A stretch of 30,593 nt of DNA from a virus (lineage: Duplodnaviria > Caudoviricetes), in the IMG/VR virus record IMGVR_UViG_3300031519_000143, positions 1 through 30,593 of that record, one strand, 5' to 3'. This document shows, in pieces, positions 18,105 to 26,519 of this stretch. Each line of letters starts with the position of its first letter. The first letter of the stretch is position 1. A model generated the notes under the pieces. The model saw only the letters and a program-made list of their open reading frames with translations. It made no database searches and was not told the origin of the DNA. The position numbers and the translations under genes were made by a program.

Positions 18105-18130
18105 TATTTAAAAGATTTGATTAATAAAAA

Positions 18131-18164
18131 ATAAAAGGTAGCAAAATAAATTGCCACCTTTTTT
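18131..18164 (-). terminator. Intrinsic terminator after tail tube gene
   Basis: AAAAGGTGGCAA-TTTATT-TTGCTACCTTTT. Confidence 0.7.
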
Positions 18165-18181
18165 ATGTATAAACTAATAAA

Positions 18182-18589
18182 TTAGTTTGAAGATTTTACA
18201 ATTGCACCGGTCAATGTAATAGATCCGGAATAAGTAACCGCCGATTCCATTTCTGCCGACATCTCAACGCTTGAAAGAAATCCTTCAGACGTGAAAATTG
18301 AATCCCCTGCTTCGGCTGTTCCAAAAACACACGTTAATTGTGTACGGGCCAATAAAAAATCCGCCATTTCAATAACGTTTGAAGCGTCATCGTAAACAAC
18401 CAACCCCTCGAAAGATAGTTCGCCGCCTTTTACGCCTCCGATATATTCAGAAAAACCCGCTGAATCTTTTGTAGTTGCTTCGGGTGTGTCCATTGACATT
18501 GAAAGTGAACAACTTGTAGTATGACCTACCGTTGCGCCCTCAACTTGTAATATTAAATTTGTTCCGTTAAAAACTCCGGTTGTAGCCAT
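18182..18589 (-). CDS. Major tail (tube) protein, TP901-1 type
   Basis: GVFNGT, TSCSLS...EATTKDS.GFSEYI.G, VTYSGSITLTG. Confidence 0.88.
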   Translation of the reverse strand: MATTGVFNGTNLILQVEGATVGHTTSCSLSMSMDTPEATTKDSAGFSEYIGGVKGGELSFEGLVVYDDASNVIEMADFLLARTQLTCVFGTAEAGDSIFTSEGFLSSVEMSAEMESAVTYSGSITLTGAIVKSSN

Positions 18590-18613
18590 TTATTTTTTAT
18601 TTAATTATTATTT

Positions 18614-18631
18614 AATTTTTTGTAAATATAC
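18614..18631 (-). promoter_or_regulatory. Putative late promoter GTATATTTACAAAAAATT
   Basis: 18-bp exact match to 30211-30228 upstream of protease/capsid. Confidence 0.65.
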
Positions 18632-18678
18632 TAAATATTTATTTATTTTATTTTTAATTACTAAATATAGAATTTAAT

Positions 18679-18724
18679 AAATTTACCCTTGTTTGTTTTA
18701 AATAGGTAAAATTTACCCTTGTTT
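18679..18724. repeat. 16-bp direct repeat AAATTTACCCTTGTTT x2
   Basis: Copies at 18679-18694 and 18709-18724. Confidence 0.7.
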
Positions 18725-19058
18725 ATTCTTTTATTTTAAAATCATTATAATCTAAACCTAAAAAAGAGTGAACGCCGTTACCATCAATATCAACCGCTTT
18801 ATTTGCCCAACCGTATGGATGCCCTTGATCATCTGACCATAAAACATCAACGTGCCAAAACTCCGACAAAATAGGCGACTTTATTTCTTCGCCTTCTGAA
18901 TCATATTCGCCAACCTCTAAAACAATATTGCCTAAATTTACAATTGTATGTTTATGCGTTGGGTATTCTTTGCCATCTTCATCTATTGCAGTCCCTAAAG
19001 CATTAATCTTTTTTTTTGCTTCTTCTTTATTTTTGAATTGATATTTTCCTATTTTCAT
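18723..19058 (-). CDS. Small fibre-associated protein
   Basis: 111 aa immediately after fibre gene; WHVDVLW...GVHSFLG. Confidence 0.6.
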   Translation of the reverse strand: MKIGKYQFKNKEEAKKKINALGTAIDEDGKEYPTHKHTIVNLGNIVLEVGEYDSEGEEIKSPILSEFWHVDVLWSDDQGHPYGWANKAVDIDGNGVHSFLGLDYNDFKIKE

Positions 19059-19059
19059 T

Positions 19060-20295
19060 TTATAAAGTTGTTAAAGTTGTTAATTCTGCATCTGTTAAGG
19101 CTGTGTTATATAATTGAATTGCGTTAAAATTAGCGTCCCCTCTATTTCCAAGAGCTGCTTCTGATAATCTTATTTTTTGAAATGATTGACCACTTAAAAC
19201 AGCAGTTAAATTGCTAATTAAGTTACCATTTATATATGAAGATGTTTGAACACCATTTTTATAAGAAAATGCAACCTTATATCTTGTGTTTTTTTCAACA
19301 ATTAAAGTACTATTAAAATCCCATCCATCTCCGTAAAACCTAAATCTAATGTTTCCACTTACTAAAACAGCAAAAACACCCATCCACCCACTACCGATTG
19401 AACTTGAATTTTCAATAGATAAATATCGCGATGTTGAATCTAAAGTTTGTGGTTTAAAATCTAAAAATACAGTGCCCTCTGTTTGTCCTATTAAACTACT
19501 TACACCCGAGACATCCGATACATCCGCCACCCTTGTAACTGCTGAACCGCTAGTTGGTATGTAAGAGGTTGGATAAGAATTTTGCTCTAGTTGTGCGCCA
19601 AATATGTAAACTCCGCTTGTTCCGTCTCCTTGATAATTTCTTGTAATACCATCTGCAGAATTATACATATATATACTTTCTGACGTTGACGTAGCAACCC
19701 AAGTTATACTGCATATATAATATCCATTTGATAAATCAGTTATTTTTGAAGAAAGATAATTATTAGAACTTTTAATCACTCCCGTTGATAAATTAAAATA
19801 TGCATCCTTACTTGTTTGTGTACCTAATACAAAGTAATCTCTTTCACCCTTTTTTACACAAATTGAAGCAGTATAATCATTTCCAACAGTAGTAGATGTT
19901 ATACTCCTATACATAAAATGCCCACCTATACTACTATCTTCAATTAATTTAAAAGCACTTAAATCTCCTTTTGGTGATGTAAAACCACCTACAACACTCG
20001 AACCTGCTTTATTCCAATAAGCATTATCAAAAGATTCTGAATACTGTAATAAATTAGTGCTTTGCGGCTCTAACAATAAGCTAGGACAATCATTTACAAC
20101 GCCATTAAGTAAAGAGTATTCCAACCTCGGAACCCCCGTTGCAACCGTTTCAATTAATCCGCTTGCGTTTACTCTAGTCGCTGAACTTGCCCTTGTGAAA
20201 TCGAAATCCCCTATTCCATCGGTTGGTAAAACGCTGTAAACTTTACCGGCTTTATACCCCGAAGGTATCATTGCTAGTTTTGGTATTGGTGCCAT
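19060..20295 (-). CDS. Fibre/spike receptor-binding protein with carbohydrate-binding and LamG-like domains
   Basis: FDFTRASSATRVN.SGLIE, LLLEPQSTNLL, GAQLE..SYPTSYIPT.GSAVTR.AD, C-terminal LYNTALTDAEL..LT. Confidence 0.75.
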   Translation of the reverse strand: MAPIPKLAMIPSGYKAGKVYSVLPTDGIGDFDFTRASSATRVNASGLIETVATGVPRLEYSLLNGVVNDCPSLLLEPQSTNLLQYSESFDNAYWNKAGSSVVGGFTSPKGDLSAFKLIEDSSIGGHFMYRSITSTTVGNDYTASICVKKGERDYFVLGTQTSKDAYFNLSTGVIKSSNNYLSSKITDLSNGYYICSITWVATSTSESIYMYNSADGITRNYQGDGTSGVYIFGAQLEQNSYPTSYIPTSGSAVTRVADVSDVSGVSSLIGQTEGTVFLDFKPQTLDSTSRYLSIENSSSIGSGWMGVFAVLVSGNIRFRFYGDGWDFNSTLIVEKNTRYKVAFSYKNGVQTSSYINGNLISNLTAVLSGQSFQKIRLSEAALGNRGDANFNAIQLYNTALTDAELTTLTTL

Positions 20296-20300
20296 ATATT

Positions 20301-22307
20301 TTAATTTATTATTTTTAAGTATTCATTCATTACGCAATCCCTGCTTTCAATTATTCCGCTATCATCGCGAACGCGATCCGAATAATCCATTGCAAAGCTA
20401 ACTGATTTAAAAGTATTATTAGTGTTTATAACATCTTGTGTTTTATCAACCTTTAAATTTAAAGCCGATTGTGTAGCCGTTGAAATAGGTTTATTTGCAT
20501 CGCTTGTATTATCTACGTTAGAAAATCCTATGTTTGTCCTTGCGGCTCCGGCATCTAATAAATCAGAAAGATTATTTCCTTTTAACAAACAACCGGATAA
20601 TGAATTTGAACTTCCGCCACTCACTCCAATTGTATACTCGACAAAATCGGTTAAAACTGTCCCCCCCGTATTTGTTGCCGTTGATTCAATAAACCACCAA
20701 CCGAAAAAAGTAGCATCTTTTAAAGCCGGATTTAATTCGTATTCTTCTAAACGGGCGCCCGTTTTTGCTAGGGCCATATTTGCATAATTGCCTTGGCCGT
20801 ATTGTATGGCAAAATTACCATTACTAAAACGGTATAATCTATGCCCTACTAAAGTGGTAGACCCTAAAGCTGTAATAACCCCGTTGTTGTCCCAAAATTT
20901 AACAAGGTTTGTTTCTGAAGAAACTATTCCCGTTCGTGATAATAAGTTGTAAGTAGTGTTTTGCACTAAATTAAAACTTTTAATATTTGGGTTATATATA
21001 TCACCGGTTCCCCCAAACTCTAAAAGATTCCCCGCGGATACATCAAAACCTAAGTCCGTAGATCTACCGGTAACAACCTGATCTTTTTTAAATGGTATAC
21101 CCTGCGCTAAAAGATATGAATAAACATCCCTTATACTATTTGTATAATGGCCTATTGGATTGTTTAAGTATTCAAAACCTATTATTTGATTTGTAACTAA
21201 ATTAACACCAATACGCATCGTAAAAATTTTTCTTGTAAAATCTTCACGCGTCGGTATTGTTGTTTGTTGCTGTAAAACTCCGGCATTATCTATATAAACA
21301 TAAGTAGATATTGATGTTAAATTGGCAACCGTTATATTTGTTGCTCCTGCATAATTAATTGTAAAATAACCTTGATCGCTGTTTATTTCACCTTTAAATG
21401 ATCCTTGAGAAAATGTTGTACCTCCTATTGCTACGGTAGAAGTATAAGTTTCTGCAACTCCCGTACCTCTTGCCCTTAACAAAGCCGAATCCACTTCTTC
21501 AGCAAAATCTTGTACATCGGTTTCTTTTGCTACAATTAAATTAGTATCATCTAAAGGTACCGCGTTTGCGTTTTGGTTGCCCGTATTTGTTCCGCTAGTA
21601 TTTGCTAACCTTGCTGAACTTGTATTGTCAAATGAAATTTTAGCATTGTTTGCTATTATATCATTAGTTTGCTGCGTAGTTATTCCAACTCTTGCATTGT
21701 TTGCAAGAATATCATTAGTTTGTTGTGTAGTAATACCAACCTTTGCATTGTTTGCTATTATCTCATTAGATTGTGCGTTTGTAATTCCAATTTTTGAATT
21801 GTTTGCAATTATTTCGTTTGCTTGCGCAGTTGTAATTCCAACCTTTGCGTTATTTACTGTTATTTCATCGGCTTGCGTGGTTGTTATGCCTACTTTATTC
21901 GTGTTTGCTAATACGCTTGTATTTGCTGAAACTAATGCTTCAGTATATCCAACCTTTGCATTGTTTGTAATAATTTCGCTAGCTTGTGCCGTTGTAATTC
22001 CAATCTTTACATCATTTAAAGAAACCCTTGTATCTAAGTTGTCAATATTTGATTGTAGTAAAATATCCGCATCAGTTCTTGAAGTTGTTTCCGCATTTAA
22101 AACCTGATTTGTAGCAGTTGAAACCGGTTTATTTAAGTCGCTTGTATTATCTACATTAGGCAATTCTAAAGTAACGTGATTAATATCCGAAACTTTTAAG
22201 GTATTGGCAACAATTTGGTTTGCCTGATTTACAGTGATTCCGGTTGTTGTAACTTGAACCGTTATTTCTTGCGGGTAATCCTGAACTATTACGGTTATAT
22301 TATCCAT
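20301..22307 (-). CDS. Fibre protein with coiled-coil repeats
   Basis: 17-aa repeats; NVDNTSD.NKP.STAT motif twice; NNLSDLLDAGAARTNIG fibre motif. Confidence 0.75.
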   Translation of the reverse strand: MDNITVIVQDYPQEITVQVTTTGITVNQANQIVANTLKVSDINHVTLELPNVDNTSDLNKPVSTATNQVLNAETTSRTDADILLQSNIDNLDTRVSLNDVKIGITTAQASEIITNNAKVGYTEALVSANTSVLANTNKVGITTTQADEITVNNAKVGITTAQANEIIANNSKIGITNAQSNEIIANNAKVGITTQQTNDILANNARVGITTQQTNDIIANNAKISFDNTSSARLANTSGTNTGNQNANAVPLDDTNLIVAKETDVQDFAEEVDSALLRARGTGVAETYTSTVAIGGTTFSQGSFKGEINSDQGYFTINYAGATNITVANLTSISTYVYIDNAGVLQQQTTIPTREDFTRKIFTMRIGVNLVTNQIIGFEYLNNPIGHYTNSIRDVYSYLLAQGIPFKKDQVVTGRSTDLGFDVSAGNLLEFGGTGDIYNPNIKSFNLVQNTTYNLLSRTGIVSSETNLVKFWDNNGVITALGSTTLVGHRLYRFSNGNFAIQYGQGNYANMALAKTGARLEEYELNPALKDATFFGWWFIESTATNTGGTVLTDFVEYTIGVSGGSSNSLSGCLLKGNNLSDLLDAGAARTNIGFSNVDNTSDANKPISTATQSALNLKVDKTQDVINTNNTFKSVSFAMDYSDRVRDDSGIIESRDCVMNEYLKIIN
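21636..22001 (-). repeat. Six 51-bp (17-aa) repeats plus one 20-aa variant
   Basis: Consensus GITTAQANEIIANNAKV. Confidence 0.9.
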
Positions 22308-22656
22308 TTGTTATATCTTGAATTACTTTTATAGTACCTTGAATATATGTTCTCACTAATCCATTAGGAAACGTCATTTGTATATCAAAAAAATAGTTGT
22401 CGGCTTTCCAATCTATTAAAAAAGGATCTATTGAAAAAATACCGTTAACGGCATCCGATACGGTTACCCCGTTTCCGTTTGTGATTTCTTTTTGAATTGC
22501 TCCAATTTTTGAATCATATCTAAACTGAATTTTAATTGCGGCACCCGTTAAATCAATAGGCGAACTATCTTCAGTATTTAAAAGAGTGAATTGCACCCCA
22601 TCGTAAGTATCCCCTTTATATTGGTTGTCTATTTGAACTATTGCGGCCGTACTCAT
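22300..22656 (-). CDS. BppU N-terminal-like baseplate/adaptor protein
   Basis: KGDT, PIDLTGA.IKIQFR, YFFDIQ.TF..G.VRTYIQG. Confidence 0.65.
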   Translation of the reverse strand: MSTAAIVQIDNQYKGDTYDGVQFTLLNTEDSSPIDLTGAAIKIQFRYDSKIGAIQKEITNGNGVTVSDAVNGIFSIDPFLIDWKADNYFFDIQMTFPNGLVRTYIQGTIKVIQDITNG

Positions 22657-22677
22657 TTTTTTATTTTTTATTTAAAG

Positions 22678-22685
22678 CAAAAATA
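22678..22685 (-). promoter_or_regulatory. -7 promoter box TATTTTTG
   Basis: TAnnTTTG in intergenic gap upstream of fibre block. Confidence 0.5.
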
Positions 22686-22723
22686 CGAAAATAAAGATAA
22701 AATATAAAAAGTTATATTTCTAT

Positions 22724-23200
22724 TTACTTTTTCCATTGTTTGACTATTTTTTCCGCTGATCTTGCGCCAAAATAACCACCATAAACCAAAAGCAGTAATG
22801 AACTAAGTAAATCAATCCATTTATTACTGATTTTAAAGCCTTCTAAAGAACTATCTAGTATTATGTAAATGAATAGGGTTAAAGTTAAAAATGCCAACGT
22901 TAAAGGACGTATATTTTGAGTTAAAAAACTGTCTGTATTGTTGTCAGATTCCCAACGTTTAGAAACTTCATTCATTTCTAACCTATCAAAATTTAATTCT
23001 TTTAAAAGCAATTCCCTATCTTTTGGCCCAATGTTTTCGTCTTTACTAATTTTATCCGCTAATAATTCTAAGGATTTTATTCCGGTAACGTTCCCGGCTA
23101 TTGTAAGTATTTCAGGCGCTATATTGCTACCTTTTTCAACCAACCAACGCAAAGCATCACCAACCCTTGTTGTACCTTTTTTTTCTTTATAATCGCCCAT
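22724..23200 (-). CDS. Holin (GTA 3TM holin-like)
   Basis: RWESD..DSFLTQNIRPL, two TM helices, GGYFGARSAEKI; adjacent to endolysin. Confidence 0.8.
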   Translation of the reverse strand: MGDYKEKKGTTRVGDALRWLVEKGSNIAPEILTIAGNVTGIKSLELLADKISKDENIGPKDRELLLKELNFDRLEMNEVSKRWESDNNTDSFLTQNIRPLTLAFLTLTLFIYIILDSSLEGFKISNKWIDLLSSLLLLVYGGYFGARSAEKIVKQWKK

Positions 23201-23202
23201 AT

Positions 23203-23592
23203 TTATTTTTTATTTGTTTTGTTCCATCTCGCAAAATAACCCCTAATATCTACGTGAGTAAATGTATTATAAATACCAATACCGCCTTTTTTAAAACAAT
23301 TATTAAACATTAAAAAACTGATTTCTGCGGCTAAAGATTCCGGCAAAACATCATCGACTTTTAAATCGGCGGCTTTACCTTTTATATGTTGTGAGTTTTT
23401 AACCCCACCAACATTTTTATTGTGAACTTTGCAGCGGTATGAATTCGTTAAATGTATTGGCACTTTTAAGTAGTCCCTTAAATATTGCAAGTTATTCGCT
23501 AATTCAATAATATTAATTTTTACATATTCAGGCATTTTGCACCCGCATTTGCATTCAAATTCATACATACTAAAATTATCCGTTAACTTCAT
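23203..23592 (-). CDS. Endolysin, peptidase M15 family
   Basis: NFS..EF.CKCGC, SYRC..HN..VGG..NSQH..GKAAD, GIG.Y.TFTHVD.R. Confidence 0.9.
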   Translation of the reverse strand: MKLTDNFSMYEFECKCGCKMPEYVKINIIELANNLQYLRDYLKVPIHLTNSYRCKVHNKNVGGVKNSQHIKGKAADLKVDDVLPESLAAEISFLMFNNCFKKGGIGIYNTFTHVDIRGYFARWNKTNKK

Positions 23593-23598
23593 ATATTT

Positions 23599-23933
23599 AT
23601 TGTTTCTTTTTATTGTTTCTATATATATATATATATAATATTATCTATTTAAATTATCCTCTATTTCCTTTATACATTTCTTAAAATCATCCGATAAGTC
23701 CTCATATGGTATTACTCCACTACAACTACCCTCATTGTTTATCTTTAATTCAAAGAATTTGTTTTTATTTGATTTATTAAATACCTTTAAAACTGTAACA
23801 AATACTATAAATAAAATAATTATAATTAAATGTTTACCACCTGAATTAACTTCTAAATTATTGCTTGTATTTGGTCTATTCATCAACACCTTTTTTACTC
23901 CAACTTAAATCTCTCATTGTTTCTTTTTATTGT
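23599..23933. mobile_element. Apparent 317-bp insertion bounded by 18-bp direct repeats
   Basis: ATTGTTTCTTTTTATTGT at 23599-23616 and 23916-23933. Confidence 0.5.
23641..23883 (-). CDS. Single-TM membrane protein (start uncertain, 23883 or 23889)
   Basis: LIIIILFIVFVTVLKVF helix, C-terminal domain with two Cys. Confidence 0.6.
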   Translation of the reverse strand: MNRPNTSNNLEVNSGGKHLIIIILFIVFVTVLKVFNKSNKNKFFELKINNEGSCSGVIPYEDLSDDFKKCIKEIEDNLNR

Positions 23934-24072
23934 GTGCCTCCCTTATTTTTTGAATTGTGTAAATAATAGACGCTAATAAAAGTATTATTTTTAATGAATT
24001 TTCAACCGCCGAAAAACTAATTCCAAAGGTTAACATATTAATAAAGGCTAATTTCAAATCGCTATTATTCAT
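23914..24072 (-). CDS. 52-aa small holin-like membrane protein (not in ORF track)
   Basis: MNNSDLKLAFINMLTFGISFSAVENSLKIILLLASIIYTIQKIREAHNKKKQ*; hydrophobic with basic tail, upstream of endolysin. Confidence 0.7.
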   Translation of the reverse strand: MNNSDLKLAFINMLTFGISFSAVENSLKIILLLASIIYTIQKIREAHNKKKQ

Positions 24073-24076
24073 TTAA

Positions 24077-24517
24077 TTAATTTATTTGTTCTATTTTATT
24101 CGATATTTCAATAATCGCTCTAAAATATGTATGGTCGGATAGATCATCTTGCAAGTATTTAACGCCTTTATTAACTGAAGTAAAAACCTTAAAGCCGTTT
24201 GATGATAGATTTACATATCCTGAAGATCTTGTTCTAATTAAATTAAGACATTGTGAAACCATTAAATTGGTATCTAATTCGCCGCCATCATCTGAATAAA
24301 ATCTTGTTATACATTCAATTCGTGTAATTGTTTCCGTAATGAATGAAGTTTGATTTTCGTTTGATTCGTCAGTCGATACGCCATAAACCCTAATTAACGG
24401 GTAATTTGCATCGGTTGGAATTCTATTGTAAACCGGAACCGTTGCGCTGTTTAAAGTTACCGAATTATTTAATTTTTCAATAATTCCTTTTCTTAAAAAA
24501 TGAATAGCTTCTAACAT
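24077..24517 (-). CDS. Tail terminator/completion protein
   Basis: VPVYNRIPTDANYPLI; position after gp10-like gene. Confidence 0.7.
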   Translation of the reverse strand: MLEAIHFLRKGIIEKLNNSVTLNSATVPVYNRIPTDANYPLIRVYGVSTDESNENQTSFITETITRIECITRFYSDDGGELDTNLMVSQCLNLIRTRSSGYVNLSSNGFKVFTSVNKGVKYLQDDLSDHTYFRAIIEISNKIEQIN

Positions 24518-24519
24518 AT

Positions 24520-24966
24520 TTATTGTATTGATTTACTTATTCCGGTATTTAATCGCATTAATAAACTTTTTAACCCTTCACGTGCTGAACTAAAAAAGAA
24601 AGGCCTCGCCGGTAAATTAACCTTTTTCTTACCATCGCCTCTAAATTGTTCGGCATAACTTGCAGGAATTCCAAGTTCTAACATATCGCTTAAATCAACC
24701 GCGGATCCCGTACCGAATTCAACATAAGGCGCATAATACGCCCCGGCAATTACGGAAACGCTTTTTCCCTTCACTTCGGCCCTTATTGATTGCCTCAATG
24801 TACCTCCGGCATCTTGCCCAACCCTTGACGCTTTTTTTGCTCTTAAAGATATATCTAAGGCCGTAATTCCTAATTCTTTTGATAACTTTCTTTTGTCAAA
24901 CTCTTTTAATTTTTTAATCTTTTTGTCAAGTTTGGCAATATCGGAACGGCTTATTTTTATACTCAT
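24520..24966 (-). CDS. HK97 gp10-like neck/tail-component protein
   Basis: GTLRQSI, YAPYVEFGTG, PARPFF. Confidence 0.85.
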   Translation of the reverse strand: MSIKISRSDIAKLDKKIKKLKEFDKRKLSKELGITALDISLRAKKASRVGQDAGGTLRQSIRAEVKGKSVSVIAGAYYAPYVEFGTGSAVDLSDMLELGIPASYAEQFRGDGKKKVNLPARPFFFSSAREGLKSLLMRLNTGISKSIQ

Positions 24967-25293
24967 TTACTGCGATTTTGTAGCCGTTATTTTTGTTAAG
25001 AAATCAATTTCAGAATCAAATTTTTCGTTAATTCTGTAATTCTGCGAACCATTTTCAGCGATAAAAATATCGCCTATTATAATAAGATCCGAAGTTTTTT
25101 TTCTGACTAAAAGTTCGATCTTTGTTTCTTGTTCACGTTTGCCGAATTTATCAGTAATTTCGCCGCTTATCTGTTTAAGATCACACCAAATAGTGGCAAC
25201 ATCTGTCAAAGTTGAATTAAATCCGCCATAACTATCGGCGGTTTTAACTAACCTTTTTATTGTAATCCTAGAATTTAAGTTTCCGCTTTGCAT
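24967..25293 (-). CDS. Head closure/head-tail adaptor (SPP1 gp16-like)
   Basis: MQSGNLNSRITI...D.YGG...ATIWC. Confidence 0.85.
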   Translation of the reverse strand: MQSGNLNSRITIKRLVKTADSYGGFNSTLTDVATIWCDLKQISGEITDKFGKREQETKIELLVRKKTSDLIIIGDIFIAENGSQNYRINEKFDSEIDFLTKITATKSQ

Positions 25294-25812
25294 TTATAAA
25301 AACATTGTTTTATAACTCGTTAGTATTGTTTTTGCCGATGTTGGTATTTCTGTTATATCCTGAGAATCTGAAGAATTAAAATCCGCCCTATTATCGTAGT
25401 AAGTTGAAACCAATTGCAACATTGCTTGTTTTACTAAATTATCGTTTATACCTAAAGTTACGTAAGTAATTAAAACCCTTTCATCATAGCCGCCATCTAA
25501 TTCAATAGTTTCGTTATCCAATCCTAGAATTTCATAATCTACCGTAACGGTATTATCAATTCTAACCTCTTGAATACTTGACACCGGGCCAAATGGCAAA
25601 TCAAAAGTTCCATTTGTTGAATCTAAGTAATAAGTTCTGTTTTTGCTTACGATATCCCTAGAAATATAGTTTTCACACCATATACGGGCCATAGAAATCA
25701 TATAGGTAATTATATTATCATCGAAAGCCGTATCGATTCTAACGTAATCCTTAACGTTTTGAACGGTTATAATTTCGGATCCTATAGTTGAATTTATTTT
25801 TATTTGCCTCAT
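25294..25812 (-). CDS. Head-tail connector (HK97 gp6/SPP1 gp15-like)
   Basis: VKDYVRID..DD.II..I..AR..CENY; KQAMLQLV..YYDNR. Confidence 0.88.
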   Translation of the reverse strand: MRQIKINSTIGSEIITVQNVKDYVRIDTAFDDNIITYMISMARIWCENYISRDIVSKNRTYYLDSTNGTFDLPFGPVSSIQEVRIDNTVTVDYEILGLDNETIELDGGYDERVLITYVTLGINDNLVKQAMLQLVSTYYDNRADFNSSDSQDITEIPTSAKTILTSYKTMFL

Positions 25813-26004
25813 TTACTTAGTTTCTATATTGTTAGTTTTTAACTCTTTTGTTTCAAACTTTTCTTTATTAACTTTTTTAGGTATATTAATAGCTAATTTC
25901 TTTTTAATCCAATTTGATGCAATATTGTTAGGTAAATTTATTTTATCACCTTCATTATATCTTTTACCATTTCTTAAAATTGGTATAATTATTTCTATAT
26001 ACAT
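25813..26004 (-). CDS. Small head-associated hypothetical protein (true start likely ATG 26004)
   Basis: MYIEIIIP...YNEGDKINL..A..WI; ORF-track start overlaps terminator/promoter. Confidence 0.65.
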   Translation of the reverse strand: MYIEIIIPILRNGKRYNEGDKINLPNNIASNWIKKKLAINIPKKVNKEKFETKELKTNNIETK

Positions 26005-26009
26005 AATAT

Positions 26010-26025
26010 ATTTTTTGTAAAGATA
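26010..26025 (-). promoter_or_regulatory. Putative late promoter TATCTTTACAAAAAAT
   Basis: One mismatch to the 18614/30211 motif; precedes neck operon. Confidence 0.6.
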
Positions 26026-26060
26026 AAAAAAAAGCAGCACTATTAAAATAGCGCTACTTT
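26025..26060 (-). terminator. Intrinsic terminator
   Basis: AAAGTAGCGCTAT-TTTA-ATAGTGCTGCTTT + U-run. Confidence 0.8.
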
Positions 26061-26083
26061 AAAACAAAAAAAACAAAAAAACA

Positions 26084-26446
26084 TTATAAGAGTGCAAAGT
26101 TATTAAAATTTTTTAAATACTTACCATTTTTTCTAAAAGTTAAAGAATGCATTTTTCCATTATTTTTAATGATATAAAACCCATTGTGTGAATTGATCCA
26201 AATTGCGAAATAATCAACTGTTTTTGTCGAATAAAGTTCTTTTTTAGTATTGTACAAATAACATCTTGCTACTTCGTTAGTACTTGAACTTGATTTAATT
26301 TGAATCTTTTTGAATCCTTTGTCTGTATTAGTAACGCAATCATAAACCGACGTATTTAATAATGGAAAAGAAACTTCAATTTCGCGTTCCATTGCCTTAA
26401 CTGCGAACCTATATTCTACGATACAACCGTTTAAATTAAAATCCAT
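26084..26446 (-). CDS. PD-(D/E)XK endonuclease (PDDEXK_5-like)
   Basis: G...E, VSFP....YDCV....KIQIKS, Y....VDYFA. Confidence 0.8.
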   Translation of the reverse strand: MDFNLNGCIVEYRFAVKAMEREIEVSFPLLNTSVYDCVTNTDKGFKKIQIKSSSSTNEVARCYLYNTKKELYSTKTVDYFAIWINSHNGFYIIKNNGKMHSLTFRKNGKYLKNFNNFALL

Positions 26447-26462
26447 ATAGTAAAACTACAAT

Positions 26463-26493
26463 AAAAAAACCGCCTATAATTAAATAAGCGGTT
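26463..26493 (-). terminator. Intrinsic terminator
   Basis: AACCGCTTAT-TTAATT-ATAGGCGGTT + U-run. Confidence 0.75.
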
Positions 26494-26519
26494 AATAAAA
26501 CAAAAAAACAAAATATTTT

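Noticed and set aside
21636-22001. Repeats as CRISPR array or DGR template/variable pair
   Set aside because: In-frame coding repeats without spacers; no reverse transcriptase or adenine-specific variation
23620-23637. (TA)9 tract as an independent element
   Set aside because: Low complexity; noted only as part of the lysis-cassette insert
12468-26493. Shared ATAAAAAAACCGCCTA...AAATAAGCGG at 12468 and 26461
   Set aside because: Explained as two related intrinsic terminators
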